Below are positions 52,605 to 64,000 of a stretch of DNA of 64,000 bases, in pieces. Under the pieces are notes generated by a model. The model was given only the letters and a program-made list of their open reading frames with translations. It had not been told where the DNA came from and ran no database searches. Both the position numbers and the translations under genes were made by a program. Source of the DNA: Octopus sinensis (lineage: Eukaryota); the NCBI RefSeq assembly GCF_006345805.1, contig NC_043001.1, positions 4,092,001-4,156,000 on the forward strand. The letters are read 5' to 3'. Positions within the stretch are counted from its first letter, which is position 1. The number at the start of each line of letters is the position of its first letter.

Positions 52605-53442
52605 AGGTCAATACATATGAGTTTTCGATAATTTCCACTTTTCCATTTCAATGAGGTATTTACAAATATCGTGCATTAGGATGTCTTCTATAATATACCG
52701 TTGCCAGGTGCAATATCTGAGTTTGTTGAGGATTGTAATTCTTTAGACACGTGAATATAATCCATGCACCAAATGCAACCTGTCCGTACTCAATAACCTA
52801 TTACCTATTAATCTAACACACACGCGCATACTCATTTCCCCTCTCACGCGCTACTCTCTGGATGACTCTTTCACTATCGATCTTTTCTGACTCTCTCAGA
52901 CAATCACACACACCTGTGTGAGTCTTCTACTACAATTCATTGGCGTATATCTGAATATGTATCTATCACTTACGGAGTATTCAATATTAAAGGGGAAACC
53001 TAAAATGAATTATATATTCAATAACAACTTGCTTGACCTGTTTATTAAACAGATGTTTATTAAACAGATGTTTATTTCAACTCACCTCACCTAATATCCT
53101 GAAAACTTTGCCTCTTTATATTGCAACCAAAATAGACACAGAATTGGTTGTTTCAGACAATAGAACTCAGAATAACATTCATCATTGTTCTCGTGATCAT
53201 TTTGGAAACATTCTACATAAATCTTAAATTTACATGTAAAATGAACTGAAAATAACTTTTCCGTTAACAACATTGAATTAGAAGTGGTGAGTTTCGGAAA
53301 GAAATTTTTGAAACCATAAAGTATTACAATTGTACGAGAAACCGAAAACAGAATCTCAGAAATCATACACACCTGAATGAAAGCTTGTCGATCATCCCAA
53401 GAAATCTATCTATCTGTCTATCTATCCATCTCTTTCTCTCTT

Positions 53443-53521
<79 letters not shown>

Positions 53522-55156
53522 TGTGTGTTGTGTGTGTGTGTGTGCGTGTGTGGACTGCTATGACATGTTACATACGTACATATACATACACTATAAATGC
53601 TGAAGAGATATGAGTATATATAGAGACAAAAGATAAGCGTATAGATATATAAAAAGCTACAAATAAATATGTCTTGTTTGATGGAGGAAGATGGCGAAGG
53701 CGTAGAAGCAGGCAGTCCAAAAGATTGATAAAGACACAACAAAGAATAAAAGAAGAATTAAGAAATATTTACACTAACAAAACAAGATATTGAAACAGAT
53801 TAGATTCAGAATGTCACTAATGGATGAATCGATGGAAAGATATAAACATATAGACACAGGGATATATAAATAGAAACGAAGACTCTCACACATGGACATA
53901 GACATCTTTCAACCAGACATACAGCTACAAATGCACACACGCAGCACACACACATATACACACATACTTACACGCACGCATACACACATATACACATAGT
54001 GAAAGAGTGAGAGAGAGAGAAAAGGGACAGTTATGCGAAGTTAACGATCAATAAGGAGATATATTGATAGATTGATTGATAGATAGATTTGTTTGTAGAC
54101 AAAGGTGGTAAAGGTGCCTTTTTTTCCTCGTCATAGGAAGATAGTTACAATTTTCAGACAGTCAGATAAATAAATAGATACACCACTTCTAAGACATATG
54201 GTCGTTTAATTACTTTTTTAAATTTTGCTTTATTTTGGAACATAAGTTAAACCAACATATAGACAAACATAATCAAATATCAGGCTTTTAAGCTTTCTTA
54301 TATGTCAGAACAAAATAAATTCTTTCATTTTGTAAAGTATTGAAAATATATAGTTGCTCTTTTTTGTCTTTTCTTCCTCGTAAACACATGCGAAAGATTT
54401 ATGGCCTGAAATCTGGTGAAAGGTGGAATCAGACTTTTCTTGGAGATGATATTTATTTCAATGTATTTCTTAACAAATATATCTTACGTTAACTTTTTGT
54501 CAATGCCGTTGATGATATTGAAGTTTATGTTTGTTTCAGAAAATGTATTTAGTGGTGTTGCCGTTTGTTTATTTTGGTAGTATGAAGTCACTATGTATTA
54601 TCGTGAGTGCGCACACATACAGCTTGTGTGTAAACGGTGAATCAATGTTTCGTAATGTTATTATTGATTTAGTGGATGGTCTTTATTCTGCCAATTCACT
54701 TTCAAATCCCACCGTGGTCAACTTTGACTTACATTTTATGATAGGGAGATACGATAAAGAGACAATGGCGTAAATATGTCGGTTTAATCGGGTTACTGTA
54801 GCGTCATAAAATTGTTTTCAAATAATCTGTTTCTAGGTGAGAGTCTATCAAGAGAAAAAGAGAAAAACTGCATCTGACAAGAAAACTGAGAATAACGAGG
54901 GCAGAGAAAGAAAATGCCTAGCACGGAAAAGTTGAAGAGAATATTGGAAATATGCCAGCTCAATTTTATATTAACTCATTCCATCATTAATCAGGTTTTG
55001 AGAGAAATAATAAAGGAAAATTCTCGTAATTCTTCAAAATAGGTATTTTAAAAGACATGTATTCTCAGAAACGCCAATTAACATATTACACACTGACATG
55101 ATTTCAAAATGCAAAGAATACTAAATTTCAAAGTAAATGTCATCTTATGTTTAAGA

Positions 55157-55347
55157 ATCGGTAGAATCGTTCAGGCGCTAGACGTTACGCTTAGCGGTAT
55201 TTCGCCCGTCGCTATATTCTGAGATTGATTTTGCCTTTCATCCTCTGGGGATCGATAAAATAAGCACCAGTTGAACATTGTGATCAATGTAATCGACCAA
55301 TACCCACTCCCCCACAACTGTCCTTGTCGCAAAAATTTGAAATAATA
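55157..55347 (+). mobile_element. SINE family A, diverged
   Basis: GGTAGAATCGTT, GCTTAGCGGTATTTCG and TTTGCCTTTCATCC...GATAAAATAAGCACCAG. Confidence 0.75.
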
Positions 55348-55369
55348 ATAATGATAATTATTATTATTA

Positions 55370-55425
<56 letters not shown>

Positions 55426-55450
55426 ATAATTATTATCATCATCGTCGTCG

Positions 55451-55490
<40 letters not shown>

Positions 55491-55499
55491 TATTATTAC

Positions 55500-55554
<55 letters not shown>

Positions 55555-55561
55555 TTTATTA

Positions 55562-56201
55562 CTTTTTTTTTCTTCTTTCAAATTTGCTTCCATTTCTTGC
55601 CGAGTGTCTTCCCGACTCCTAGGGCAAAGAAACTCATAGTATACATTGGTAGGCCATTAAACCAAACTCAATAGTTCGTTCATTTTTTTTTTTTTAAGTT
55701 AAATTAAAATACATGAGCAGCAACAGTTCTCACATCGACAATGCTCTTCTCAATACATGTGATGTACCAGTTAAGACAATCTTTTGCACTTCTTGCAGGA
55801 TGGTAAGCCAGGGATCATTCTCATATAATTTTCGGTTCCCTTCTTGATCATTCCTAGTGCTCCTACGATCACTGGTATTGTAACCGCCTTGAGATACCAC
55901 ATTTTCTCAATTTCAATGAGTAGGCCTTTATATTTTCTGAGCTTGTCAAACTCTTTCGCTGAGATATTATGATCACAGGGGATGCTCATGTCGATCAATA
56001 AGCAAACTTTATTGTTTTGGTCTTTCACAACAATATCTGGTTTATTGGCCTTGATGGATCGGTCTGTATGTACTGGAAAGTCCCACAGAATGGTTACATT
56101 TTCTCCTTCAGTTACAGCCTCAGGGTGGTGATTATACCACTTGTCGGTAGTTTTGATATTGTAATGCCGACTTATTATCCAGTGTAGATATTGGCCAACT
56201 C

Positions 56202-56204
<3 letters not shown>
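55562..56204 (-). mobile_element. 5'-truncated R4/Dong-clade LINE 3' end (RLE domain and 3' UTR) flanked by (TAA)n
   Basis: RVGQYLHWII...ILWDFPVHTDRSIKANKPDIVVKDQNNKVCLLIDMSIP...KYKGLLIEIEKMW...IPVIVGALG. (AAT)n lies on both sides (55348-55560 and 56205-56238). Confidence 0.92.
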
Positions 56205-56238
<34 letters not shown>

Positions 56239-56792
56239 GAGTGAGAGAGCAGTTCATGCCATCAAAGTGACACTGGGGTAAAATATACGAAGCCCAATAT
56301 ACCCATCATGACTACCCGTCTGATAAAGGTACACCAGGCACATGCATCACGACCATATGTGCGCGACATGGTGATCTCATATCAAGATAAACAGCACATG
56401 ACCTTGCAGGTGGGGCCCAGTTAGAATTTTCTTCAGGTTGAGTAGCCCATCCCGCTCAAACGGTCCCTGAATAAGGGTTGTTTAAGGATGTTGAAAGAAC
56501 CACCCATGTTTCCAGAGGTGAACTATTCAAACCCCAAAGAATCCCTCTCAACACATGGCTATGATGCTCCCCCACTACTTCTGCTCGTGATCAGAGATGC
56601 ACATATCGTCAGCCACTAAGGGACATGCTCAACTGGTTAAGGTTAAACAACTGACAAGCAAATCTGTGGTATTGAGCAGAATATTTGCTGTAGCCCATCT
56701 TTTATACCAAGACAAAACAATGTACATGATAACACTTCCAATCAGTTAAGATCAGAAGCCATGAGATCCACTGCCTGGTAATGCATCAGGGC

Positions 56793-56795
<3 letters not shown>
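56239..56795. mobile_element. Unassigned non-coding element of about 557 bp bounded by (TAA)n on both sides
   Basis: Sharp boundaries with pure trinucleotide tracts, higher GC than the flanks, no long ORF and no tRNA head or TIR seen. Confidence 0.55.
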
Positions 56796-56864
<69 letters not shown>

Positions 56865-56931
56865 CATTATTATTACTATTATTATCATTATTATCATTAT
56901 TATTATTATTATGATTTTTATTACTATTATT

Positions 56932-56969
<38 letters not shown>

Positions 56970-56979
56970 GGTGATGTGC

Positions 56980-57365
56980 TGGGGGAGTCATTAGCGCGCT
57001 GGACAAACTGCATAGCGAAATTTCACCTGCTGCTACGTTCTGAATTCAAATTCTGACGGGGTCGACTTTGCAATTTATCCTTTCAGGATCAGGGGTCGAC
57101 GTAATCGACACATCCCCTCCACCGAAATCCATGTCCTGGTGTCAAAATTTGAAACCATTATTATAATTATTATAAGGGTAGAATCATTAGCACGCCAGAA
57201 AAATGCTTCTGAGTTCAAATTCCGCAGAGGTCCACTTTGCCTTGCATCCATTCAGGCTCGATAAATTAAGTACCAGTTACGCACTGGTACCGATATAATT
57301 GGTTCAACCCATCACCCAAAATAATATATTCATCCCCTTCCCATTGTGCCAAAATTTAAAATCTT
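56980..57365 (+). mobile_element. Two adjacent diverged SINE family A copies (56980-57160 and 57175-57365)
   Basis: Each has (G/A)AGTTCAAATTC-like B-box sequence, GGTC(G/C)ACTTTGC and a GTG(T/C)CAAAATTT tail. Confidence 0.75.
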
Positions 57366-57411
57366 TGTTATTATGATTCATTAGTTTTATTTTTATAGCC
57401 TGCTTTCACTG

Positions 57412-57461
<50 letters not shown>

Positions 57462-57496
57462 TATTATTATTATTAATATTATCATCATCATCATTA

Positions 57497-57529
<33 letters not shown>

Positions 57530-58058
57530 TTATCCTTATTATATTTGCTGATGAACACATCGGATGTGTTTTCGAACGCTCCAAATAAATTCAGCTTAAA
57601 ATATCTATTTACACCAAGATTAATATTTTTTGCAATAAGCATTTTATTCCAAGAAACACCAGGAAATGTTATTGGTTTTCTCTGGGTGTTTCTCCCTCAG
57701 AAGAGAGATTTTCGCGCCAACAAATAATTTTGGTTGGAGTTTATTTAGTTGAATCAAATACAACTCAACAAAATGACGGAGCACGTCTTGAAAGAGTTGA
57801 AATAAAACAAAACAACCCCTACTTCAAATAGGGTAACGGCTGAAGATTCCTTCCCCTTCCCTTCGTTACTGGAAACAATATAGGTGAAGAAGAGGAGGAG
57901 AAAAGAAGACTTTCATGGTACAAAGTACACCGAACTGTAACAACAATAGTAAAGGGCGAAAGATTTATCCGCTCGGGGTGAGGCGAAACCAGAAGCAGAA
58001 TCAATAACAACGTTAGCAACGACAACACCATCACCCCACGAAAAAACCAGCAACTACA

Positions 58059-58263
58059 GTGGAGGCGCAATGGCCCAGTGGTTAGGGCAGCGGACTCGCG
58101 GTCGGAGGATCGTGGTTTCGATTCCCAGACCGGTCGTTGTGTGTGTTTATTGAGCGAAAACACCTAAAGCTTCACGAAGCTCCGACAAAAGGGTGGTGGC
58201 GAGCCCTGTTATACTCTTTCGCCCCAACTTTATCTCACTCTTTCTTCCTGTTTCTTGTACCTG
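58059..58263 (+). mobile_element. SINE family C, 5' half
   Basis: Near-identical to 29757-29960. Confidence 0.9.
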
Positions 58264-58599
58264 ACTTCTTACGCAACCGCTGAGCCTGGATGTGCATTCA
58301 TTCATCCGTCGATGCTCTCGATGTCGGGTGTTGACCTGCTTTCTCATTTGCGGGTTTTACGAATAGCAAAGGACCACGTTTCGGACTCCTCCCACTACCG
58401 ACGGGATGAAGACCGCTTCGCTCAACAAACAAACGAGCCCGCTCAACCTCAACAATAATATCAGCAAAAACAACAAGAACAGCCTCGAAGAACAAATAAG
58501 GCATTAGCGTAGACCTCACAAATTGGGAGCAGTCACTAACGCAGGCATAGACACTAATAAAACAAGAGAGGTGTTGGGCCAATTTCACTACTCTGTGAT

Positions 58600-58748
58600 T
58601 CCAAATTTTCCCAAGGCACTTGATGATGCCTGGAAGGTATATCAGCCGAAATGTTGCGTTAACAACAAACAAGATGAGGACAAGTATCTGTCAAATGTAA
58701 ATAATGTAAATAATGTACATAATTTCACATCTCTTAAATATAGAACTG
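58600..58748 (+). mobile_element. Hammerhead tail (locus 4) without a tRNA head; degenerate ribozyme at 58615-58660
   Basis: GGCAC-TTGATGA-T-GCCTG-gaaggtatat-CAGCC-GAAAT-GTT-GCGTT, then AACAACAAACAAGATGAGGAC...CTCTTAAATATAGAACTG as at locus 1. Confidence 0.85.
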
Positions 58749-59546
58749 TATTACTCGGCGTTATGTTAATTTCAGATAAATTTACTGTGAAGACTAAAGC
58801 AACAAAATTCAGTTGTCCAGGAAATATGTTAAATTTAGATGCTAACAATAATTGTCCTTATCCGGAATCTCGAGTACGGTAATCTTATAGTGATAAGGAT
58901 GCTACAAATTCCCCTCAACGCAATCGTAATTTAATCTACAATATCATCATACATTTACAATCACTGCACTCATTTACAGATGCACTTACAAAATCCTTAA
59001 TATATACATACTACTTCAAAGTCTGCATTGAATTTCCTACTCAATAAAAACAAAATTCAGTCGTAGTACATTTTGTAATATGACTGAATTGATGCCTAAG
59101 CCTATAGCCGCCGAGCATAAATATTTAAATAAAAGATTCTCTGATATAATCCACTCCGTAGCTTATATGGCGGAACAATCATAACAGAGACGCTCAGGTT
59201 TGTATTCATTTCTAACAGAGAGAATTGATCTTTCATTAAAATGCGATTGAAATGCCCCCCATATTTCAAATATGTTGGCAGCTCTATCAATTCAAGATAT
59301 ACAATATCTTGTCAAATGGTACCGAAGTTGAGGATAAGCGAATGGAAAATGCTCCCTGAAAGACAATCGTTTTGTCTGTTCCTTGTTAAGCTGTGTCAAA
59401 TTAGAATAGAATGATTGAGAAGAACAGAATATTAGATCAATAGAGAGTAAATTAATTCAAACAATAGGATTTATAGTGTACGATCCCTCAATGCTGAACT
59501 TTAACTGAAAATTTACCATCGGCCTTTTGGAATATTTGTATGTATG

Positions 59547-59577
<31 letters not shown>

Positions 59578-59641
59578 TATGTATGTATGTATATACGGAT
59601 GGATGGATGGATGAATAAATGTATGTATGTATACATACATT

Positions 59642-61852
59642 CACACACACACACACAAGAAGAAAGCGTTATGTACATCGCTTTTGCATGTTCTTCTCAC
59701 CCATAGTATATAACTCCAATCAGGAAGTGTTAAATTCTCGCAGGGCAGCAACCTCGAGCTCAGAGAGGATTGCAGACGACCCAAATTCTAGAACATGTCA
59801 TTTTCACTCGAACCAACCTTGATTTAACGATTCCAAAACAACTGCAGCGTCAGACTTTCAATTTTATGTCTCAGTGTCACTGCCAAAGTTAAGATCAAAT
59901 ATCATGAGTGAAAATATCACATATCATCGATTGAAAATATTATTGAATCCTGACATCTCTCAACCTATCTCAGGAACTTCAAGAATGGGAACATAAAAAA
60001 TCATCAGACTTGAGCAGCATCCTATGGATTCAATTGAGGACAGTGTACATAGAAGTAGCTAACTGCGTGTAATTGCTACTCTGATGCTTCTAAAGAAAAT
60101 CTCTCATACGACATTATATCTGCGTCATTAAGTCAAACCATATATGACCTAAAAACTATCACCTACTGAATAATGCAACAAGCATATGAAGCTATCAACG
60201 AATTCAATTGAATCTAGTTATGGGTGTGTAGATAAAGATCTCCTATATCACATATGCATTTTCTGCTAGCTGAAATCGTAGGGAAGTATGGCTGAGTGCT
60301 TAAGAAATTTACAATGCTACTCTCAAGTCCACGATGTGAACCCATTCTCTGAAATTTGGACCAAGAGGGGACCAAAGATTTCCTCAAAACAGCATGCAGT
60401 ATCACCCTCTCCATTGAATAATTATGCTATATTTCAGCAAGCATATTTTTCATTCGTTTCAGCCGACGAGCACTTCAGCAGCGAGTGGTGCCACAAGACC
60501 ATCCCCAAAATACAGCAATTTTTTTATTTGTTTTATTCTTTTATTTGTTTCAGTCATTTGAGTGAAGCCATGCTGGAGCACGGCCTTTAGTCGATCAAAT
60601 CGAGAGCAAGACTTATTTTTTGTAAGCCTAGTACTTATTCAATCGATCTCTTTTGCCGAACTGCTAATTTAAGGGGTCGTAGACACGCCACCATCGATTG
60701 TAAGTGATGATGACGGGACAAACATACACACAAACACACACACACACACACACACACACAAGAAGAAAGCGTTATGTACATCGCTTTTGCATGTTCTTCT
60801 CACCCATAGTATATAACTCCAATCAGGAAGTGTTAAATTCTCGCAGGGCAGCAACCTCGAGCTCAGAGAGGATTGCAGACGACCCAAATTCTAGAACATG
60901 TCATTTTCACTCGAACCAACCTTGATTTAACGATTCCAAAACAACTGCAGCGTCAGACTTTCAATTTTATGTCTCAGTGTCACTGCCAAAGTTAAGATCA
61001 AATATCATGAGTGAAAATATCACATATCATCGATTGAAAATATTATTGAATCCTGACATCTCTCAACCTATCTCAGGAACTTCAAGAATGGGAACATAAA
61101 AAATCATCAGACTTGAGCAGCATCCTATGGATTCAATTGAGGACAGTGTACATAGAAGTAGCTAACTGCGTGTAATTGCTACTCTGATGCTTCTAAAGAA
61201 AATCTCTCATACGACATTATATCTGCGTCATTAAGTCAAACCATATATGACCTAAAAACTATCACCTACTGAATAATGCAACAAGCATATGAAGCTATCA
61301 ACGAATTCAATTGAATCTAGTTATGGGTGTGTAGATAAAGATCTCCTATATCACATATGCATTTTCTGCTAGCTGAAATCGTAGGGAAGTATGGCTGAGT
61401 GCTTAAGAAATTTACAATGCTACTCTCAAGTCCACGATGTGAACCCATTCTCTGAAATTTGGACCAAGAGGGGACCAAAGATTTCCTCAAAACAGCATGC
61501 AGTATCACCCTCTCCATTGAATAATTATGCTATATTTCAGCAAGCATATTTTTCATTCGTTTCAGCCGACGAGCACTTCAGCAGCGAGTGGTGCCACAAG
61601 ACCATCCCCAAAATACAGCAATTTTTTTATTTGTTTTATTCTTTTATTTGTTTCAGTCATTTGAGTGAAGCCATGCTGGAGCACGGCCTTTAGTCGATCA
61701 AATCGAGAGCAAGACTTATTTTTTGTAAGCCTAGTACTTATTCAATCGATCTCTTTTGCCGAACTGCTAATTTAAGGGGTCGTAGACACGCCACCATCGA
61801 TTGTAAGTGATGATGACGGGACAAACATACACACAAACACACACACACACAC
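59642..61852 (+). repeat. Tandem duplication with period 1103 bp, two apparently identical units; each contains a family B SINE 3' half (60532-60760 and 61635-61852, minus strand)
   Basis: AGAAGAAAGCG is at 59658 and 60761. The ORF track gives identical peptides offset by exactly 1103, and both breakpoints lie in (CA)n. Confidence 0.97.
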
Positions 61853-61885
61853 AACACACACACACACACCACACACACACACACG

Positions 61886-61916
<31 letters not shown>

Positions 61917-62505
61917 TTACATGCATAAATATTAACAAGCGAAACTATTGTTACGTAGGTAATCGTTCTTTATTTCGTATATTTTCATTTGTCTTGCTCA
62001 TTTTTTCACTCTGGCGTTTTTGCTGAATTTTTTACTTGAGAACACCCTCTTCGTGATTAGGTGATTTGACGTCTATATCTAGCATATTAAGAGTCCACTT
62101 TGGTGCTCAATCCTCTTAGTTTTGTATGTAAAATAAGTTTTAATCTTCGGATTTTTTTTTAAATATGCTAAACCACTAGTTCTAATTGATTAATATCAAT
62201 TTCTACATTCATTATTTAATTCTTAAATAACGATGTTCTCTAACTAGTAAAGTGCTGCAGAAATTCATTAAGTGCAGATTTATTTCCCGTCCCGGGGCGC
62301 CAAAACGAAGCATTTGAAAAATACGCAAAATATAATTTGCAAAACTTTATACATGCCCTCTTTCGGGTTCGCGTTCGGTGTGTAATTATAAAAAAGTATG
62401 TTTTGTAAGAGACAGACTTCGCTGATGGGCCTGCAGATATTTACAAGCGTAAATATCAGCATATTTAATTTAATATTACATTTCTTTTCGTATTTAATAT
62501 CAATA

Positions 62506-62642
<137 letters not shown>

Positions 62643-62675
62643 TATGTATGTATGTATGTATGTATGTATGTATAT

Positions 62676-63023
62676 GCTATATCATGCGCGGGGTCATAGA
62701 AATAATCGGATTGAATACCCGATCGCGCGGTTAAACCATTGGGAGTGAAGGACTCCTAGCCTTTGTTAGGGCATCCTTCTACGAGAAGGTAACTCAGGTA
62801 ACTAGGATAACTCTGACATAAAACCTGCGGCTCAGTGGTTACCGATGATGTTGACTTGTTCCTCTTTTCGGATTATGGCACTGCTGTTGCTTAGTCAGTG
62901 GGATTGACTCAGTGCACAGCCTTTCCTCACTTTAAAAAAATCTTCCTGCACAGGCATTGCACGATAACAACATTGATTAAGCTTCGTGCTATGGCCATAC
63001 TCAATAACGATGGGGCGGCCACC
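62676..63023 (+). mobile_element. Short non-autonomous RTE derivative (5' UTR-like part joined to a 3' end)
   Basis: GGGCATCCTTCTACGAGAAGGTAACTC...CTCTGACATAAAACC resembles the conserved RTE 5' UTR motif (from recall). The 3' end GCTATGGCCATACTCAATAACGATGGGGCGGCC matches 38882-38915. Confidence 0.6.
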
Positions 63024-63053
63024 ATATGTACATATGTATATATATATACATAT

Positions 63054-63110
<57 letters not shown>

Positions 63111-63773
63111 ATATATATAAATATATACTCGAGCGGTTTATTTTCAATCACTATAATTCTTTGTACGCAATATAGTTCTCCAGGCGTGCAGGTACTTCAT
63201 CAAGCAACCATTTCCCTGCATTATGAGATCTAGTGTTTCCTCAGACGATATGTAAATAATGTTTTCGTACGTTCAAATTCTAGGCTTCAAGAGCATTCCA
63301 TCTGTTTGTCGTGGCCTGGACTTAGAAGTAACCAATGAGTTTATGAAACGTATGTTGACGCTGAAGAATTGTTGGCTAACTGCTTTGAATGTTTGATGGA
63401 GTGGTATGGTGATTCCGCTACTCTATTTGCACAGTGACTGGAACGTAAGCGTATTGAATGATGGATCAGCAAATTTTGTTGAGTTTTTAATATATCAAAT
63501 CTGAAATTGGCAACCTAACAATATCTGTTCTAATCAGAATGACCAGCGAAGTATTTGTAGTTGTGTGTGTATGCATGTGGGGAGAGAAATGATGTACAAT
63601 ATGTTGGAGAGCTCGTTGGTAGGCGACTGGGTTATTTTTTAATTTATAAGGTATTTTGGAAAGAAGTCGAGAGAAATGAACGAATTAAATTGATTGGAAT
63701 TTGGTTACTGTCTACTGTTCATTTGCGCTTCATGGTTGCGATTGTCCTTAGGTGACATTAAGAGTGCATGGTG

Positions 63774-63810
<37 letters not shown>

Positions 63811-63883
63811 TATTCTTACTAACGCTCGTACACACACACACTTACATACACACACATACACACACACACATATATATAAATTT

Positions 63884-64000
63884 CTCCCCCCGACCCCTAC
63901 TTCTTCAGTCCTTCATCCTTTCACCCCTACTCCCCTTCCCTTCTTCCCTCTTTCTCCCTCCCTCTTCCCCTTCCCTCTGCTCCCTCACTCCCTCTCTCCC
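63884..64000. repeat. C/T-rich polypyrimidine tract with CCC runs
   Basis: Direct reading; truncated by the window end. Confidence 0.85.

Noticed and set aside
56700-56795. HDV-like ribozyme at the minus-strand start of the 557-bp element
   Set aside because: A P1-like pairing (GCCCTGA/TCATGGC) exists, but there is no GG for P1.1 and no pyrimidine-rich L3.

Overview
AT-rich animal genomic DNA, intergenic or deep intronic. I found no host protein-coding gene, rRNA or true tRNA gene that I can support. Most ORFs in the track are microsatellite read-through (IY, CV, HT, poly-S/I/N). The repeat content (tRNA-derived SINEs, dense (TA)n/(TG)n/(AAT)n/(TATG)n) suggests an octopus genome; this is recalled resemblance, not a database result. 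Recognisable elements: (1) Penelope-like element (PLE) remnants from two lineages, including a 5'-truncated Neptune-like copy with RT, GIY-YIG and a structured 3' pseudo-LTR (47.7-50.1 kb). (2) A decayed Tc1/mariner transposon. (3) R4/Dong-type and RTE LINE 3' ends. (4) Three abundant SINE families, called A, B and C here. (5) A MITE with an 8-bp target-site duplication (TSD). (6) Several fold-back elements. (7) An apparently identical 1103-bp tandem duplication. The most interesting signal is a family seen at four loci. In its fullest form it has a tRNA-like Pol III head, a trinucleotide tract and a tail whose consensus is a minimal type-I hammerhead ribozyme. At three of the four loci it has an inverted partial copy of its own tail at the 5' end. 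This is PLE-style architecture on a SINE-like body, and it may be a Penelope-mobilised, ribozyme-bearing SINE.
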